A DNA stretch of 64,000 nt, taken from NCBI RefSeq assembly GCF_009914755.1, contig NC_060939.1; one strand, 5' to 3'. Made by a program: the position numbers and the translations under genes. Under the pieces are notes generated by a model, which saw only the letters and a list, made by a program, of their open reading frames with translations, did not search any database and had not been told where the DNA came from. This document shows, piece by piece, positions 30,753 to 44,847 of this stretch. Position 1 is the first letter of the stretch, and each line of letters starts with the position of its first letter. Source of the stretch: the human T2T-CHM13v2.0 reference genome, Homo sapiens.

Positions 30753-30850
30753 TAATGACATTGCTCTCCAGCTCTGAAGCTCCCAGGGACTGGATAATGT
30801 GGACCATGTGTAAAGCTAAGACCACACATCCTAGCACTTCGATTACTTAC

Positions 30851-31379
30851 CCATCACCAAAACAGTAACATGCTGTGGGTTCCAGGGAAGATGCTACCCT
30901 GAATTCTCCCCTTGTCCAAATCATGCCTTCCCAACAACGCTCATCCAGAACTGGAACTCCACATTTTTTAAAGACAGCCCTTCAGATCTGATAATTGGAT
31001 GGAATCTCTCTCTCCCCCTGGCTCCCTCCCTCACCCATCACACGTAATGCGTCATGCTTCTCTTAGGGGTACTGATTTTGTTTTCCCTTGCTCCATATTT
31101 TTCTTCTCTCCCATTGAAACAGACACCTCTTTACAAGCTGAGCTGGATCTTCGTCTTGTCAGTCTGGTATTTGGCGTTAACCAAGAGAACTCAACAGCTG
31201 TAACAAATCCAAGCATTCCAAAGCCATTTGCCTCTTAGGCCAAAGGTAGAGATCCCTTGATCCTTGTAAATGATATTATCCTCTGTTAATCATTTTAAAG
31301 GAAGAAGAGTTCTCACTTCTGCAAGTACTTCCACAATCAGTTTATCTCTCATTCTGTCTCATTCTTTCTCTTTTGCCCA
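30851..31379 (-). pseudogene. Candidate large pseudo-exon (charged insertion region)
   Basis: Very strong polypyrimidine acceptor (tttttcttttccaaag) and donor GG|gtaagt; purine-rich, coding-like body with stops. Confidence 0.45.
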
Positions 31380-31538
31380 CTTTGGAAAAGAAAAACAACC
31401 AAAAAAAATGTCATACATAACCTATCTATGGCAGCACTGTTTAGTGTTCTTTTCTGGAAGCTGTTGGTCCTGCACACACCTGAAAACAAAAAAGAAACTT
31501 CCCCAAAGGTCTAGTCAAAGGCCAGAATTGGCAAATGA

Positions 31539-31876
<338 letters not shown>

Positions 31877-33249
31877 TAATAGCTTATTTCTATTAATACT
31901 TATAAAGAATCCATACTAACGCTGCAAAACATTTTGCATACAATCTCAAGATTAATATGATGCTCAATGTGTTTTTTTTTCTTATTATACTCTCGTCTAT
32001 AGTTATTCCCCAGCTGATCCAGATAATCCACCTTTCCTCCTTAGCAGCAGGCTTTGGATGGCTGTAGCTATCTCAGATATTCAGAACACCACCCACCATC
32101 CATCATCCTCCACAAGGTGGCCAGAATGATTTTTCAAAAATGCCAACTTAATCCTGTTACTCCTGAAGCTGTACACCTCCGTGCTCCCACACTGCTGAAG
32201 TGTGGCCCTCTTGGGCTCAGCTCGCAAGCCCAATGTGATCAGATCCGACCCCCTCTTCAGCCTGCCTCTCCCCACACTTGCTGCTGACATGCTGTGGGGC
32301 CACTTCACCCTCTGGTGTCCTGGACAAGCTCTTCCTCTGCTGCAATGCTTCCTCCACTGCCCTTCACCAGGCCCCTCTGTGCATCTCCTCATGGTCCCCA
32401 CCGCCACCTGGCAAGTGGGGCTTCCTACAAGTTGCCTGCATGCACCACACTGACCTCTGGGCAGGCACATGCACATCGGTCTGAATTGTAATTATTCCTG
32501 CCATGTCCACAACAGCACAGCAAGCTCCTGGTCTTCGCTCTGCATGCGAAGCATTTGGCATAGCGCTAGGCACATGGCAGGTGCCCATGAGTGTTTGCTC
32601 CACAGATGTGGGACCAACTAAAGAGTGAAGGAACGACCCTGCTCAGCACGGACTGTTCCAGGACTCCGCACACGCACTGACAGGTATGCCTTCCTTTCCA
32701 GGAACTCAGGTTGGCACCCTCTACAAATGGAATGTGCTTGGTTTCAATTTCACACTTCAAATCAGGCATAAAATCATTATATGAAAATCCATGGCACAAT
32801 GATTCAAACAATTGTCAATCGTTCCTAAAATTATTATTCAAATTTTATTCACACTTTAATAGGCTCAATTTTGCAATATCCATGGGTAAAAGCTAAGTTT
32901 TAAATATTCAGCTTTGAATGGCTGACAACACTACTTAGCAGATATTTATTATCATTCAAGCACAGTGTTTTAAAATGTCTCGAGGTGTGAACACATTGAT
33001 CCCTGCATTGTAGCTTATCGTCCTATATTGACCACTGTTTCTGTCATGAAATACGTCAGATCATCAGTTTGGACACAGCTATGCTAAGAATGGTCAGCTC
33101 TGAATATTAACTTCACAAGCCAGTTGAAGAAATTAGGACAATAAGAGAAAGATGAGAAACAGTTAAATCCAAAAATTCACCCAATAACTGATAGCATAAC
33201 CCCAAACCGGCGATTCCCAAACCTGACTGGTCGTTGAAACCTGTCTTAC

Positions 33250-33706
33250 TGTCAGGCCTCTGAGCCCAAGCTAAGCCATCATATCCCCTGTGACCTGCAC
33301 ATATACATTCAGATGGCCTGAAGTCACTGAAGAATCACAAAAGAAGTGAAATTTAAATGGCCTATTCCTGCCTTAACTGATGACATTCCACCACAAAAGA
33401 AGTGAAAATGGCCGGTCGTTGCCTTAACTGATGACATTACCTTGTGAAATTCTTTCTCCTGGCTCAACCTGGCTCAAAAAGCTCCCCCACTGAGCACCTC
33501 ATGACCCCCACTCCTGCCCGCCAGAGAACAACCCCCCTTTGACTGTAATTTTCCTTTACCTACCCAAATCCTATAAAACGGCCCTACCCCATCTCCCTTC
33601 ACTGACTCTCTTTTCAGACTCAGCCCGCCTGCACCCAGGTGATTAAAAACCTTTATTGCTCACACAAAGCCTGTTTGGTGGTCTCTTCACACGGACGTGA
33701 GTGAAA
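33250..33706 (+). mobile_element. HERV-H solo LTR (LTR7 family)
   Basis: tgtcaggcctctgagcccaagctaagcc ... cctataaaa ... attaaa ... gtttggtggtctcttcacacggacg; perfect 5-bp TSD cttac. Confidence 0.95.
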
Positions 33707-33711
33707 CTTAC

Positions 33712-33801
33712 CTGTCACCTCTATCAGCTCCTGTCAGTCATTATTTTTCTCCTGGCTCTCTGATCCCTAGCTCAATCACACAGCATTGTAGAACTTAGTG
33801 T
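33712..33801 (-). pseudogene. Candidate 90-bp pseudo-exon whose donor is the LTR7 target site
   Basis: atatttcag| ... CAG|gtaagt; length a multiple of 3; no clear protein motif. Confidence 0.4.
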
Positions 33802-34542
33802 CTGAAATATCCATGTGATGAAGATTCAAAGGTGCTGTGACTTAGGAAGACGAGACTGGGGCAAGCAGGCATCATTTCAGAGTATCCAGGGACCCAGACG
33901 GTCAGGTTTTTAAAAATTGGCAACTGTACAATCTCTTCCCCTCTCCCCACCAAAAGGAATTAGATTTTACTTAGACCACAAATACCTTCTCTTAGGAATA
34001 CCAAGAGTTTCTGATTCATGAGCTGTTACATTCTTTCTCTTTAAACCTTCTTTATACATGTATAGGGCCTTCACACATACGCAATCCCTCAGGATTTTCT
34101 AGCTACTTCAAAAGGGAGGAAGATTCCTCAAAAGGGAACCCGGAATCGAGGTTGAAGGACGAACTGCTGAGGAACAGGAACACCTTACTTCTGCAACATG
34201 GAACCTATATTCTAGTGAAGTGCATTGTGCGGATATTCCCAAGATTCTGTTTATTTTATCAGAAAAGTGTTAAAAAAATGTTAATATTATCATTGGCCCA
34301 AATAAGGCACTCAAAGGGGATGCAAACAAGATCCTGCAGGGGTGTGTGTAGGGGGTAGACCGCCCCAACATGTCAAATCTCAGTAAACACTTCATTCTGC
34401 AAGGCTTTCACCCTCCTCCATCCGCCCAGGGGTCCCCACAAGCTCTCCCTGAGGGGACCTGAAAATGTGTGGATGCTCCGGCTGTGGGATTGCAGGGAGT
34501 GTTGCTAGGTGCAGTAGGTAGGGACAGAGAAGCTGAACCTCC

Positions 34543-35053
34543 TGTAGGAGTCCAGAATATGCCACCCCAAAATATGCTTCTTTGGCATAATGATGATTTT
34601 AAGCTGGTAATTTTGAGAAACTGCAGGCAGGAGAAGCTCTGGAAACAGAGCAGAAGTGGCCCTTTGGAAGGGAAACTTGCATCTAAGAAGGAAATCTCCA
34701 TTTGTAAGGGTGTCTTCCTCTGGGTACCAGGAAGAAGAGGACTCTAAATCACTCATCAATGGAGAGGCGCCCGCTGAAATCTGCATAACAAGCCTTATTC
34801 TTGCTCCTCTAGGTCACCTCCCCAAGCCAGGCCTCCCCACTCCCTTCTTCGTTTCAGCAGAGGATGACAGTTAACCTGAATTCAAAGCCACCTCTTTGAG
34901 ATGTACTCATTTCTCTGGGTATCTCACAGCTGCACATGGGCATGCATTAATCTTCTGCTTGTTTTTCTCTTGTTGATCTGTCTTTTGTTACAGAGCTCCG
35001 TCTCAACTAAGAACTGTAAAGGGTAGAGGGGAAATTATTTGTCCACTCCTGCA
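34543..35053 (+). mobile_element. MER34-like ERV1 solo LTR
   Basis: tgtaggagtccagaatatgccaccccaaaatatg ... ca; 4-bp TSD ctcc. Confidence 0.8.
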
Positions 35054-35469
35054 CTCCTACCTACCTAAGGGAAAGAGCCTGCACAACAAAATATAGAGCC
35101 CACCTCAAATGTCTACAGTGCTCCCTGACAGGCATCATAAATCTGATGAGACACGGCTGCCTGGTGAGTCAGTGGAGACACCAAGAAAGAGCCAGGACTA
35201 GCAGATTTCAGCTGCAACTTCATTGCTCCCAGAGGATGTAGTGGCATCTGAGAACATCAAAGAAAGACCATTGGTCCATGATAATTCAATTAAAGCTTCC
35301 TGATGTGGTCACAGGTTACTTTTCTAACTGTAGTTCCACACCAAGCTCAGTTTTCCATCTACTCAATATTGCTAAGAAAAAAGTTTTACATTCTTTAAAT
35401 TGAAATGCAATCCATTTTTTTTAATGAGCCCCAGTAGATGCAGGTTCCATGCAATAAATCTTAGCTTAC

Positions 35470-35809
35470 CTCACCTAATTTCCTTCTTTTCTCTTTGCTC
35501 AGATATAGTTTGCCCCATCTAGGTCCTCAACAAGGGTTGCTCATTAGAACAACCCGGAGAGCTTCAGTTGGGCTGGGGTGGAGCATGAGTTATCAGGATT
35601 CGTTGTAAGATGGTTTCGGGAATTGCCAAACTATCTCACGAAAGGGAGGAGACCTGAGCAGCAAATGACCAAGATCTCTGGACGGCTGTTTGGGTTGCTT
35701 GTTTATAAGAGAGAGAATTTGAGAATGCAGGACTAAAACATTTCACAAACACTGAGGCCCTCCAGTTGTTTATTCTTCTGGGCCAATTAGGGTCTTGGCG
35801 ACATAGGCA
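35470..35809 (-). pseudogene. Pseudo-exon: AAA2 lid
   Basis: Acceptor gtttgttttccatctgag, strong donor GAG|gtaagc. Protein similarity weak (AAQVSSLS). Confidence 0.45.
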
Positions 35810-36844
35810 CTCAGATGGAAAACAAACCACATGACGTGCTGTGAAAATCAAAACTGGCTTCTCACCTTCATTTCTTCTTTGTGGCTGCAGTTGAAGGGGG
35901 AAATTCTAAGGCAATTTATTCACTGAACTTTACGTTAATATTCAGTCCTCGTAATCTGACAGAATTTCAAGCTTGGCAGCATTGTCGTCCCTAAGTATCT
36001 TCTTGGCAACACTTTTGACTTTATAGATAGGGAAACCAAGGCCCAAGGCAAAGGCATTCATTCAGGAATACCATGGCTGGCCCGGGAAGCAGTCACAGAA
36101 ATCAGGGTTTTCTGACTCCTCCCATAACACTCTTTCTGTTCCTTCAGATGTGAGTCACTGGATCCGAGGGCTGGGCTTCCTCGTTCTGGCTCCCCGTGCC
36201 ATAGCCAAGCCCTGCTCTCCCACTGGGTGCCTCTGCTCAGCTGCAACTGTGACTGCCTCTCCCTGCCCACTGCTTTGCCTCAGGGACCTATCAGCTTCAC
36301 ACTATGTTAGATTGTATCATTCATTTCCCAGGAGAGTGATTTCATTTTAATAATAATACGAAAGCTCTCAACCTTAAGACATTCAGAGTAGCTTCCAAAA
36401 TGTCACTCAAAAGGGCCTCTTTTCTTCCATTGAGAAGATTCCAAGTTCTGCAATCATGGTAAGCACATTAATAAAGGGGTAAGGGTAGAGGTCCTGAAGT
36501 TTACACAAATCAGAGGAAAAAAATCATAGAAAAATTCCACTCCATTTGCAGAAGACATCTGTCAAACTAATTTTATCATTAGAGTCTTTACAAGGTCACA
36601 ATATAAAATTATGTGTGCTTTGAACAAGTTATACCCATCTTTTAACTTTTCCTATGTGAAAATAATTTGAGTCTTTTGAATGTTGTATTCTGCTTTGCTG
36701 AAGGCATTCTTTCTAATTCCACATCCTGATAAGTGTGGAACTATCTTGGAATATAACCCCTCCCTACCTAGGGTAGTTATTTTCACACTAAGAAATCCTA
36801 CATTTTGGCATTCATCAGCTATAATTTTGCAAAGAATGAACTAC

Positions 36845-37038
36845 CCACATTTAATTTAAGCAAATAATTATCTTCACAGATATGAAGATAGAATGTGCTT
36901 CTGCCTGCAGACACAGTGTTGAGCACCCATGGGTGGGAAGTGCAGCCTGGAGGGGACACACCTGACCTCCCAGCCATGGTCATTGTCCCAATGAATTCTC
37001 CTAGAAGTTCTAGTTCACTGACTCTGTCCGTTGGAAAC
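36845..37038 (-). pseudogene. Pseudo-exon: AAA2 LSNGE / ASPATVS segment
   Basis: Starts VSNGQ in phase with the 41550 exon; after a frameshift, SGVSPPGCTS ~ ASPATVSRCG. Donor weak. Confidence 0.55.
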
Positions 37039-37632
37039 CTGTATGTTTCAACTCAGAAAATAATATAGGTCACCAGGAACGTGAGGAACACATAGGTAAA
37101 CAGAAATACTTGTTTTGTGAATGAGGATATCACTGCCTACCACATTTCTCTCTGATTATCCATGAGGCAAACCAAGGCCACGATTCCTAGGCTCCACTGT
37201 TTTTTCACAAAGAAAAACTTATCAGACACGTGATGTAAACCAATTGTACCAGTGTTCCCTGACTTCCTTTTCTGTGAGAAAAAAAAAATGTCATAAACAA
37301 GAATGGTAATTGGCTAGCCCCAAGGAATGGGCACATTCCTCAGCAGGGAACCTCATAATGTGGACAGATTCCTTTTTGGTGTTGTTTCCCACATTTCATT
37401 GGCTGCTACAGTCCACGTGTACATCACTCTGCTCTCCTGGTTCACAAGCTAAGCTTTTCATATTCATTTTTTGTTACTTATGCAGAGCTCTTCACCCACA
37501 ACACTCTTCTGCCAGGGAACATTCTGCCCATCTTCTAGAAATGTCACTTGTTCTGAAACTCTTCTTTTCTCCTCCATGTCACATAAATCTAACAGTATCA
37601 GTGGATCCTCTCTCCTCCTGGGCCATCACAGC

Positions 37633-38345
37633 TGAGAAATAAAAATGAAACCCTAAAACCCCCAACCAGTTGAATGAACCCCCCTCTTGGCCAAGAATTC
37701 CCTAGGGAAATTTTGGAAGCTGAGTTCTTGGCCATTATGGGATGCAAGGTCAGAAATGCCTCATTATATATCCTTTCCCTTGCTAACCACCTTTCTTCCC
37801 AGGGGCTAAACAGAAACCAGCCCTTTTGAAAGACTCCACCGATAGCAACCAACTGTCTGAGACTGCCTCTTGCTTGTACAATTTCAGCAAAATAACCAAC
37901 CAGCATTCTTTCCTGATAAGAGACCACCAACCATGGAGTGGTTGGCGCCAGTCTACAGCAGATGTACAGTGAGGGGTAATGCATCCTCTGCTTCACCTTT
38001 TGATGTCAGAGGGCTGAAAACTCCACCCTCAGATGATAACACCACAGATTGTTAAACATAGGTCCCATGGAGAGGCATGAGACTAACTGCACATGTGCAT
38101 GGTTCTCCTTTCTTCCTTCATAAATATTCATGACTCCTCCTACAGTGTATTAAATATGCATATTTAGCCACCCCAGTCTGCATAAATTCTTGTTCCCTTT
38201 GCCCCCCCTCAAAGTATCTGTTTCCAGCTTCTAATGGGAGGCTACACTTCCCAGCCTATCAGAATGGCCATGCAGGCTGCAACCCTTTATGAGAAATAAA
38301 GCTCCCCTTTCCAAATTTATGACCCTTGACATTCTTCAGTTGACA
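37633..38345 (+). mobile_element. MER39-like ERV1 solo LTR
   Basis: tgagaaataaaaatgaaa ... ccctcttggccaag ... gagaaataaagctc ... ttgaca; 4-bp TSD cagc. Confidence 0.8.
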
Positions 38346-38689
38346 CAGCCCATGGAGCTCACAATACACTATGTGAATGTTGGCCATGACTTGTCAAAGG
38401 CAATTGGTATAGTGTCACTTTCTTGAACACAATGCCATTTCTAATTAACTGCTGTCCCCCCATCACAGTGCCCCTCCTTGTACATAGCTCATGCTACAGG
38501 TATCTGTAGAATGAATTGGTTCTTAGGAAAAGGTGCCTTATTCCCTCAAACATACACACAAAGGTCTGGATTTTCATAGCCTTGTGAGGAGTTTCAACTG
38601 ACTGAATATTTTTCTGGGAAGGTACTAAGTAGCTGTAACTTCAGGTGTCTTTTCAGGCTGATGCACAGTCTTTAAATAAGTTTATAATT

Positions 38690-38846
38690 CCACCATCCCT
38701 CCCCAGAAGCTGTCCCCTCCACCTTCCCCTCCTCAGAGGCACATGATCTAAGAAGGCTGGGGAGGACTGTGGTGCCCTTATTGATCCACCCACTGACTGC
38801 CACCTCTGCATCATCCTCCACACACCACATTGGACAAAAGCGCCAA
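38690..38846 (+). repeat. Direct dispersed duplicate, copy A
   Basis: About 90% identical to 42690-42848. Confidence 0.92.
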
Positions 38847-38984
38847 TGTTACTTGCTATGAACCTTGACCTCATAGTAAGTAGCTGGTAATGATGCTTAC
38901 ATGCAAATTACTTCTAAATTCTTTAATTTTTAATTCTGCACTTTGAAATGATTTCAAACTTTTGAAAATGTTGCAAATCTAGAA

Positions 38985-39655
38985 CAAGTTGACTATCCCT
39001 TATTCAAAATGTTTGAGACCATAAGAGTTTCAAATTTGGAGTTTTTTTCATATTTGAGGATATCTGCAAATATATAATGAGATATCCTGGGGATGGGACC
39101 CAAGTCTAAGCATGAAATTCATTTATGTTTCATATACAACTTATACACATAGCCTGAAGGCAATCATGTATAACATTTTTAATATTTAATAATTTTGTGC
39201 ATGAAACAAAGTTTGCATATGCTGAACCATCAAAAATCAAAGGTGTCACTATCTCAGCCACCCATGTAGACAATCTGTGGTTGTTCAGCATCACCACCAA
39301 AAAACACAGTGAGTAATGCTCATGAGTCTTGGTCCCATGTGGGAACCTGCTTTGGCATGTCCAGCCTGCACATGTGTCATTTTACTCCTCATTGTGGGTG
39401 TGCTACTATGGGGGAAATCTGGGTGTGCTGGGCATGCGCACAAAAGACATATCACAGCTGGAGGGAGCTGGGAGGGTCGTTTTTTCCCTTGGGGATACTG
39501 AACTGTACATTGTGTGCCTGCATTTTGACTGCAGCCCATCACATGAGGTCAGATGTGAAATTTTCCACTTGTTGGTATCATGTCAGCACTAAAAATGTTT
39601 CAGATTTTGGAACATTTTAAATTTTGGATTTTTGGATTAGGGATGCTCAACCTGT
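38985..39655. mobile_element. Tigger4b/Tigger4-like DNA transposon
   Basis: Terminal inverted repeats caagttgactatccctta / tagggatgctcaacctg; homologous to 20830-21062. Confidence 0.8.
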
Positions 39656-40247
39656 GTAAAGATATCCCATATACCATTAGTCTAGCTTCTTCAAATGTTA
39701 ACATCTTACATAACTGCAGTAAAATGATCAAAACCAGGACATCAACAATGGTCTCATATTAACTAATTCACAAGTCTTATTTGAATGTCACTGATAGTTC
39801 CACGTTAGTTCCTTTCTGGACCCGGTTCCAAACAAGGAATGGACATTGCATTTAGCAGTCTTCTAGAAGTTTGGACACTTCCTCAATCTGTCTTTGTCTT
39901 TCATGATCTTGACACCACTGAGGAGTTCCGACAAGGTATCCTATAGAATGTCTGCAATTTAGGATAGCCTGATGTTTCCTCGTGATTCAATTCAAGTTAC
40001 ATATTTTTGGCAAATATGTCATAGAGGTGATGCTGTGCCCTTCTTGGTGATCATACAAGGAGGGACACGATGTCTCTTTGTGCCACTGTCAGCAAGGTTA
40101 ACTTTTACCACTTGGTCAAGCTGGTATCTGCTGGGTTTCTACACTGTAAAGTCACTGTTTTGCTTTTCCTTTCGCAATTAAGAGGCATTATGTGGGGAGA
40201 TACCTTGAGATTGTGCAGGTATTTTATTTCTCATTAAAATTTCACAC

Positions 40248-40563
<316 letters not shown>

Positions 40564-41549
40564 CTAATGACTCTCACCTGAAATTTTGGTTATTATGATT
40601 CCTGTCGAATGACGACTGTCTAATTCCATCAACCTCTACAGTAAGGAAGACATGTCCCTCCTTCCTTAGGTATTTACTTATGTATATATCTATTTAATTA
40701 TGTATTGTATCAGTGTGGACTCATGGATAGTTTATTCTATGGAATACTTTTATTCTATAGGTTTTAGTACAAAATGATGTCATTATTTTGTTGCTCAAAT
40801 TGCCCCCGATTTGGCCATCAGGAGACCCTTCAATTCTGTTCTATGCTGTTTCAATAGACTCCCAACATTTGTAAGCACTTTCTTACTTTCTGATACTAAA
40901 TGCTCACCTAAGCTTACCTAGCACTTTCCCTACCCCAGCCTTGAAATCAGGGATTGCTCCTAGAAGCCCTGATTCAGTTTATTGGAGGATATTAGAAACC
41001 AAGATCAGGAAGCCAGGTATGCTCAAATGACACTGCTTCTCAGCCATCGCTGTAGCCAGAGCTGGGACCTCTGAGTCCATTTACACACAGCCACATCCAT
41101 TTCTCTATCTCTCTCTGCATATATATCATGACCTCATGTGTTCATACCAATACCACTGATTCCAATTCAACATCACAAGGTTCATACAAGCCTTACTTGT
41201 TTCCTTGTTTATCACTCTTTTCTTAGACAATGAGAAACTTGCTTTTATTATTGAATATACCCACTTATTTACTCACATCTAGAATACAGATAATTTCAGA
41301 AATTCTATCACGTACCCCTGAGAGAAACTAAAATCCTTACTAACTAGAATACAATACTTGAGAGGAGCTGTTATTCCCTTCTAGTCAATGGTCAAAAGAC
41401 TGTTTTTCAAAGTTACCTACATTGATTCTTGATTCTGCCCATCCCAGACCATCCAGATACACTGCATCTAAAGGTAACATTTAAACAGGAAGTGAGACAT
41501 TCCTCCAGGGAAACAACTGAGGGATTCTCTGTCAAATGGCTTATGATAC

Positions 41550-41638
41550 CTCATTCTACTAGGTGAGGCTCACAACTGTATCAATGAGACCAAAACCCCA
41601 AACACCATCAAAGTTTAAATCTTCCCTCTGTAACAGCA
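41550..41638 (-). pseudogene. Pseudo-exon: AAA2 Walker B
   Basis: Acceptor tttcccctgtctag, donor GAG|gtatca. QREDLNFDGVWGFGLIDTVVSL ~ [22 protein letters not shown]; two stops. Confidence 0.7.
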
Positions 41639-42689
41639 CTAGACAGGGGAAACAAATGAGCAAAGTGTCCCCTCCATGTATTCTGGTTCCCACACATATG
41701 GAGACTCTGTTGTCTTCAGCACCTGCCCTCCATGGTTGGCCCAGGGACTGCCTCCAGTCCAGCACGCACAGAGTCTTCATGGAAAATAAACACCGCGTGC
41801 TGGAGTGGAGGCAGTGACTATAAGGATGCACATCACTTCTGCTGAAATTCAAGCCCGAGGTCTCATCTAACTACAATAGATACTGGGAAGGGTGGGCTAG
41901 CTCCAGGCCCAAGGGAGAAAATACCATGGATATGGTGAGCAGGCCACACAGCACACGCTGCCAACACAAAATATTCATAATGGAGAGATACACTTAAAGT
42001 GCCTTTTCAAAAAGCTCTGGTAGTGGTATTCTATGCAGTCATCATTAACGTATTTCATCTTTCATGACGTATTTGCTCTAGGACTTTCCTCAGACTTTCA
42101 AACTCAAAGGACTCTCATGTTGTTACCTGTATGTTATTTTCCAAAAGATCTCTGGTCCTGTCTAGATTTATCAGCTCATATACCAGCAGCTGGCTTTTAT
42201 TTCATCCCTTATATAGGCAAAGCTTTGTGCTAAGCAATTTAAATGCATATGGTTACATAAATTTGCTCACACAACACTAAAATGTGCAATGAAAATGTAG
42301 CTTCCTGATGCAATTTTCCTCAAGAAGGTCCGGGTTTTGGTGGCATAACAGAAACACCCTTATACTGAGTATACGTGAGTCAAGTCTGACTTAAGTCTGA
42401 CTTAGTAACTTATAAGAAAGATACTTCACCTGTTTTAAAAATATATTTATCATTCAGATCTCACTTGCTTTCCCCCACGCCTCTGCAAGTGGGCATCTGC
42501 TGATCTTGCAGCAGGAAAGAGGTCTGGGCAAGGGGCCGGGGGCCTCTGTGTTCTCAGTGGTCCCGCTGCACAGTGTATTCAGACTGCTCAGCTCCCCACC
42601 CTGGAGAACACTGAGCAACACTGCCTCCGACTGGCCCTCGGGAGTGACATGTAGGTAATAAACCTACAGCTTTAGTCTGGCAGACTGAC

Positions 42690-42848
42690 CCACCATCCCT
42701 CCCCAGAAGCTGTCCCCTCCACCTTCCCCCTCCTTGGAGGCTCCTGAACCCAAGAAGGCTGGGGAGGACTCTGGTGCCTTTACTGATCCAGCCACTGACT
42801 GCCACCTCTCCATCATCCTCCGCACAGCACACTGGACAAAAGCGCCAA
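42690..42848 (+). repeat. Direct dispersed duplicate, copy B
   Basis: About 90% identical to 38690-38846. Confidence 0.92.
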
Positions 42849-43089
42849 GCTAATGGCTAGCCTTTTAGGAGGCCTGCAGACTTTGCACACAACCCCTGCA
42901 GAAGAAGCCTTTAAGTTAATCTGGGTATTTCTAAAGCCTCCATGGATCAGGCCCCCAAATTCTCTGTGGATGTGGAGGGTGGGGAACAAAATCTCACTTC
43001 TCCCTATAACTTCTTGAGCCAAAAATAGATCAGTTCATGCTTTACTTTTTCAGGGCAGAAAGGTTCACACCATCTGTTCCCTATGCCCC

Positions 43090-43375
43090 CAGCAGGCTCC
43101 TTCACTTCCTCCAGGTGCATGCTCAGATTCCACCCAAGCAGCAGGGCCTTCCCTGCACTCCCTACCTGCCAGGCTCTGCCATGCCCAACAGCACACACTA
43201 CCATCCAACACAATAGATGTTTACTTGCATGTTTGTTTGTAGTCTGTCTCTCTCTACAGAACATCTGCCCCAGCATGGCAGAGGCTTCATTCTATTCCCT
43301 GATGTAACCTCAGTACCTAGAACCAAGTTAGGTGCATAAGAGATATGCATTAAATATTGTCAAATGAATGCTGAA
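43090..43375 (+). mobile_element. L2 3' end
   Basis: cctcagtacctagaac ... taaatattgtcaaatgaatg. Confidence 0.65.
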
Positions 43376-43627
43376 CTCATAAATGGCCTGGCCGTGTCAG
43401 GCAGAAGCAATATCATCTCTATACTTACAGGAAGAACACCAATATACACAAAAGAAATTTAGAAGAAACCTGGCTTTCAAATATTCTAAATTCCTGAGAC
43501 ATCTAGCAAATATTTGTTCTTACAGTCCAAGTGGAGAAAATGTATCATTCTTCTGTTGGTTATATCCCATTTCCTGAAGCCCTGTTGCCCCTGGATTAAT
43601 TGAATAAGACCAGGGCAATAAGACTTA

Positions 43628-43990
<363 letters not shown>

Positions 43991-44059
43991 TTACATCTTA
44001 AAGTCATTTTACCATTTTGGACTTTTTTCTAGGTTTGGTATCTATATTAATGAATGACC

Positions 44060-44300
44060 TAATGAAAAGTAGTATAATAGAGAAGATAGGAACGAAAGTC
44101 AGTGCCAGATGTCCAAGCTTAAATCCTCCATCTGTTTTTTGCTGGTTATGCCATATCGCACAAATTGCTCAATCCAAATACACTTCAGTTTCCTCATATG
44201 TAAAACAGGGTTAAGAGTGAAATACTTTTCTCATAGGAGCATTGTAAGCAGCAAATGAACTCACACATATGCAGCACTTATAATAGAAGCTAACAGATTA
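44060..44300 (+). mobile_element. MIR
   Basis: cttcagtttcctcatatgtaaaacagg core. Confidence 0.7.
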
Positions 44301-44350
44301 CTTTTATCAAGCAATAATGAATATAATTTGGGTTCAACATTTAACCTTAC

Positions 44351-44559
44351 AGGTGTGATCTTTTCAGCCACTGCTGCGAAGTCTTATTTTCAGCAACACC
44401 AGTATTAATGATGCAGGCTCTCTCACTCGCTCTCTCTCTCTCTCTCTCTCTATTAATATTTTCAACAAATCAATGACTATTTTCATACAAAGATTATAAT
44501 TGACATTGATCTCACAGTTCTGTTTTAAAAATGAGATCACTTTATAGAACACCTGTGAC
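44351..44559 (-). pseudogene. Pseudo-exon: AAA2 INPK/DGIL region, with an internal (GA)n
   Basis: Acceptor ttttatttaatag, donor CT|gtaagg. SQVFYKVISF...DLLKILIER ~ KV.YKIINPK...DGLLS.I.R. 209 bp, phases 2/1, fits both neighbours. Confidence 0.65.
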
Positions 44560-44708
44560 CTATTAAATAAAATAATGAAAGAAATCACCAAACAACAGTA
44601 TAACAAAAATAAACATCATGAAGAAAACCAGCAGACATACATACTTACTACAATGAGCATTTTAACTGAGGTTTTCAAAAGACTGCTTCCCACCAGGGAG
44701 GCAGTTAC

Positions 44709-44847
44709 TTTTCATTGTATACAGTTCTTGCCAGAATCATATCCTTGTTGAATTCTTGAGTTGAATAAAACCTTTTTGAGGCTTTGCCAGCTCCATGGAC
44801 CTCACTTTGGAGTCCATACAGAGGAGGTTGCACCTCAGTGGTTCTTT
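44709..44847 (-). pseudogene. Pseudo-exon (AAA2, after the P-loop)
   Basis: gtaccag| ... AA|gtaact; open for 45 codons (RTTEVQPPLYG...RTVYNEK); phase-2 end matches the next exon. Confidence 0.55.
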
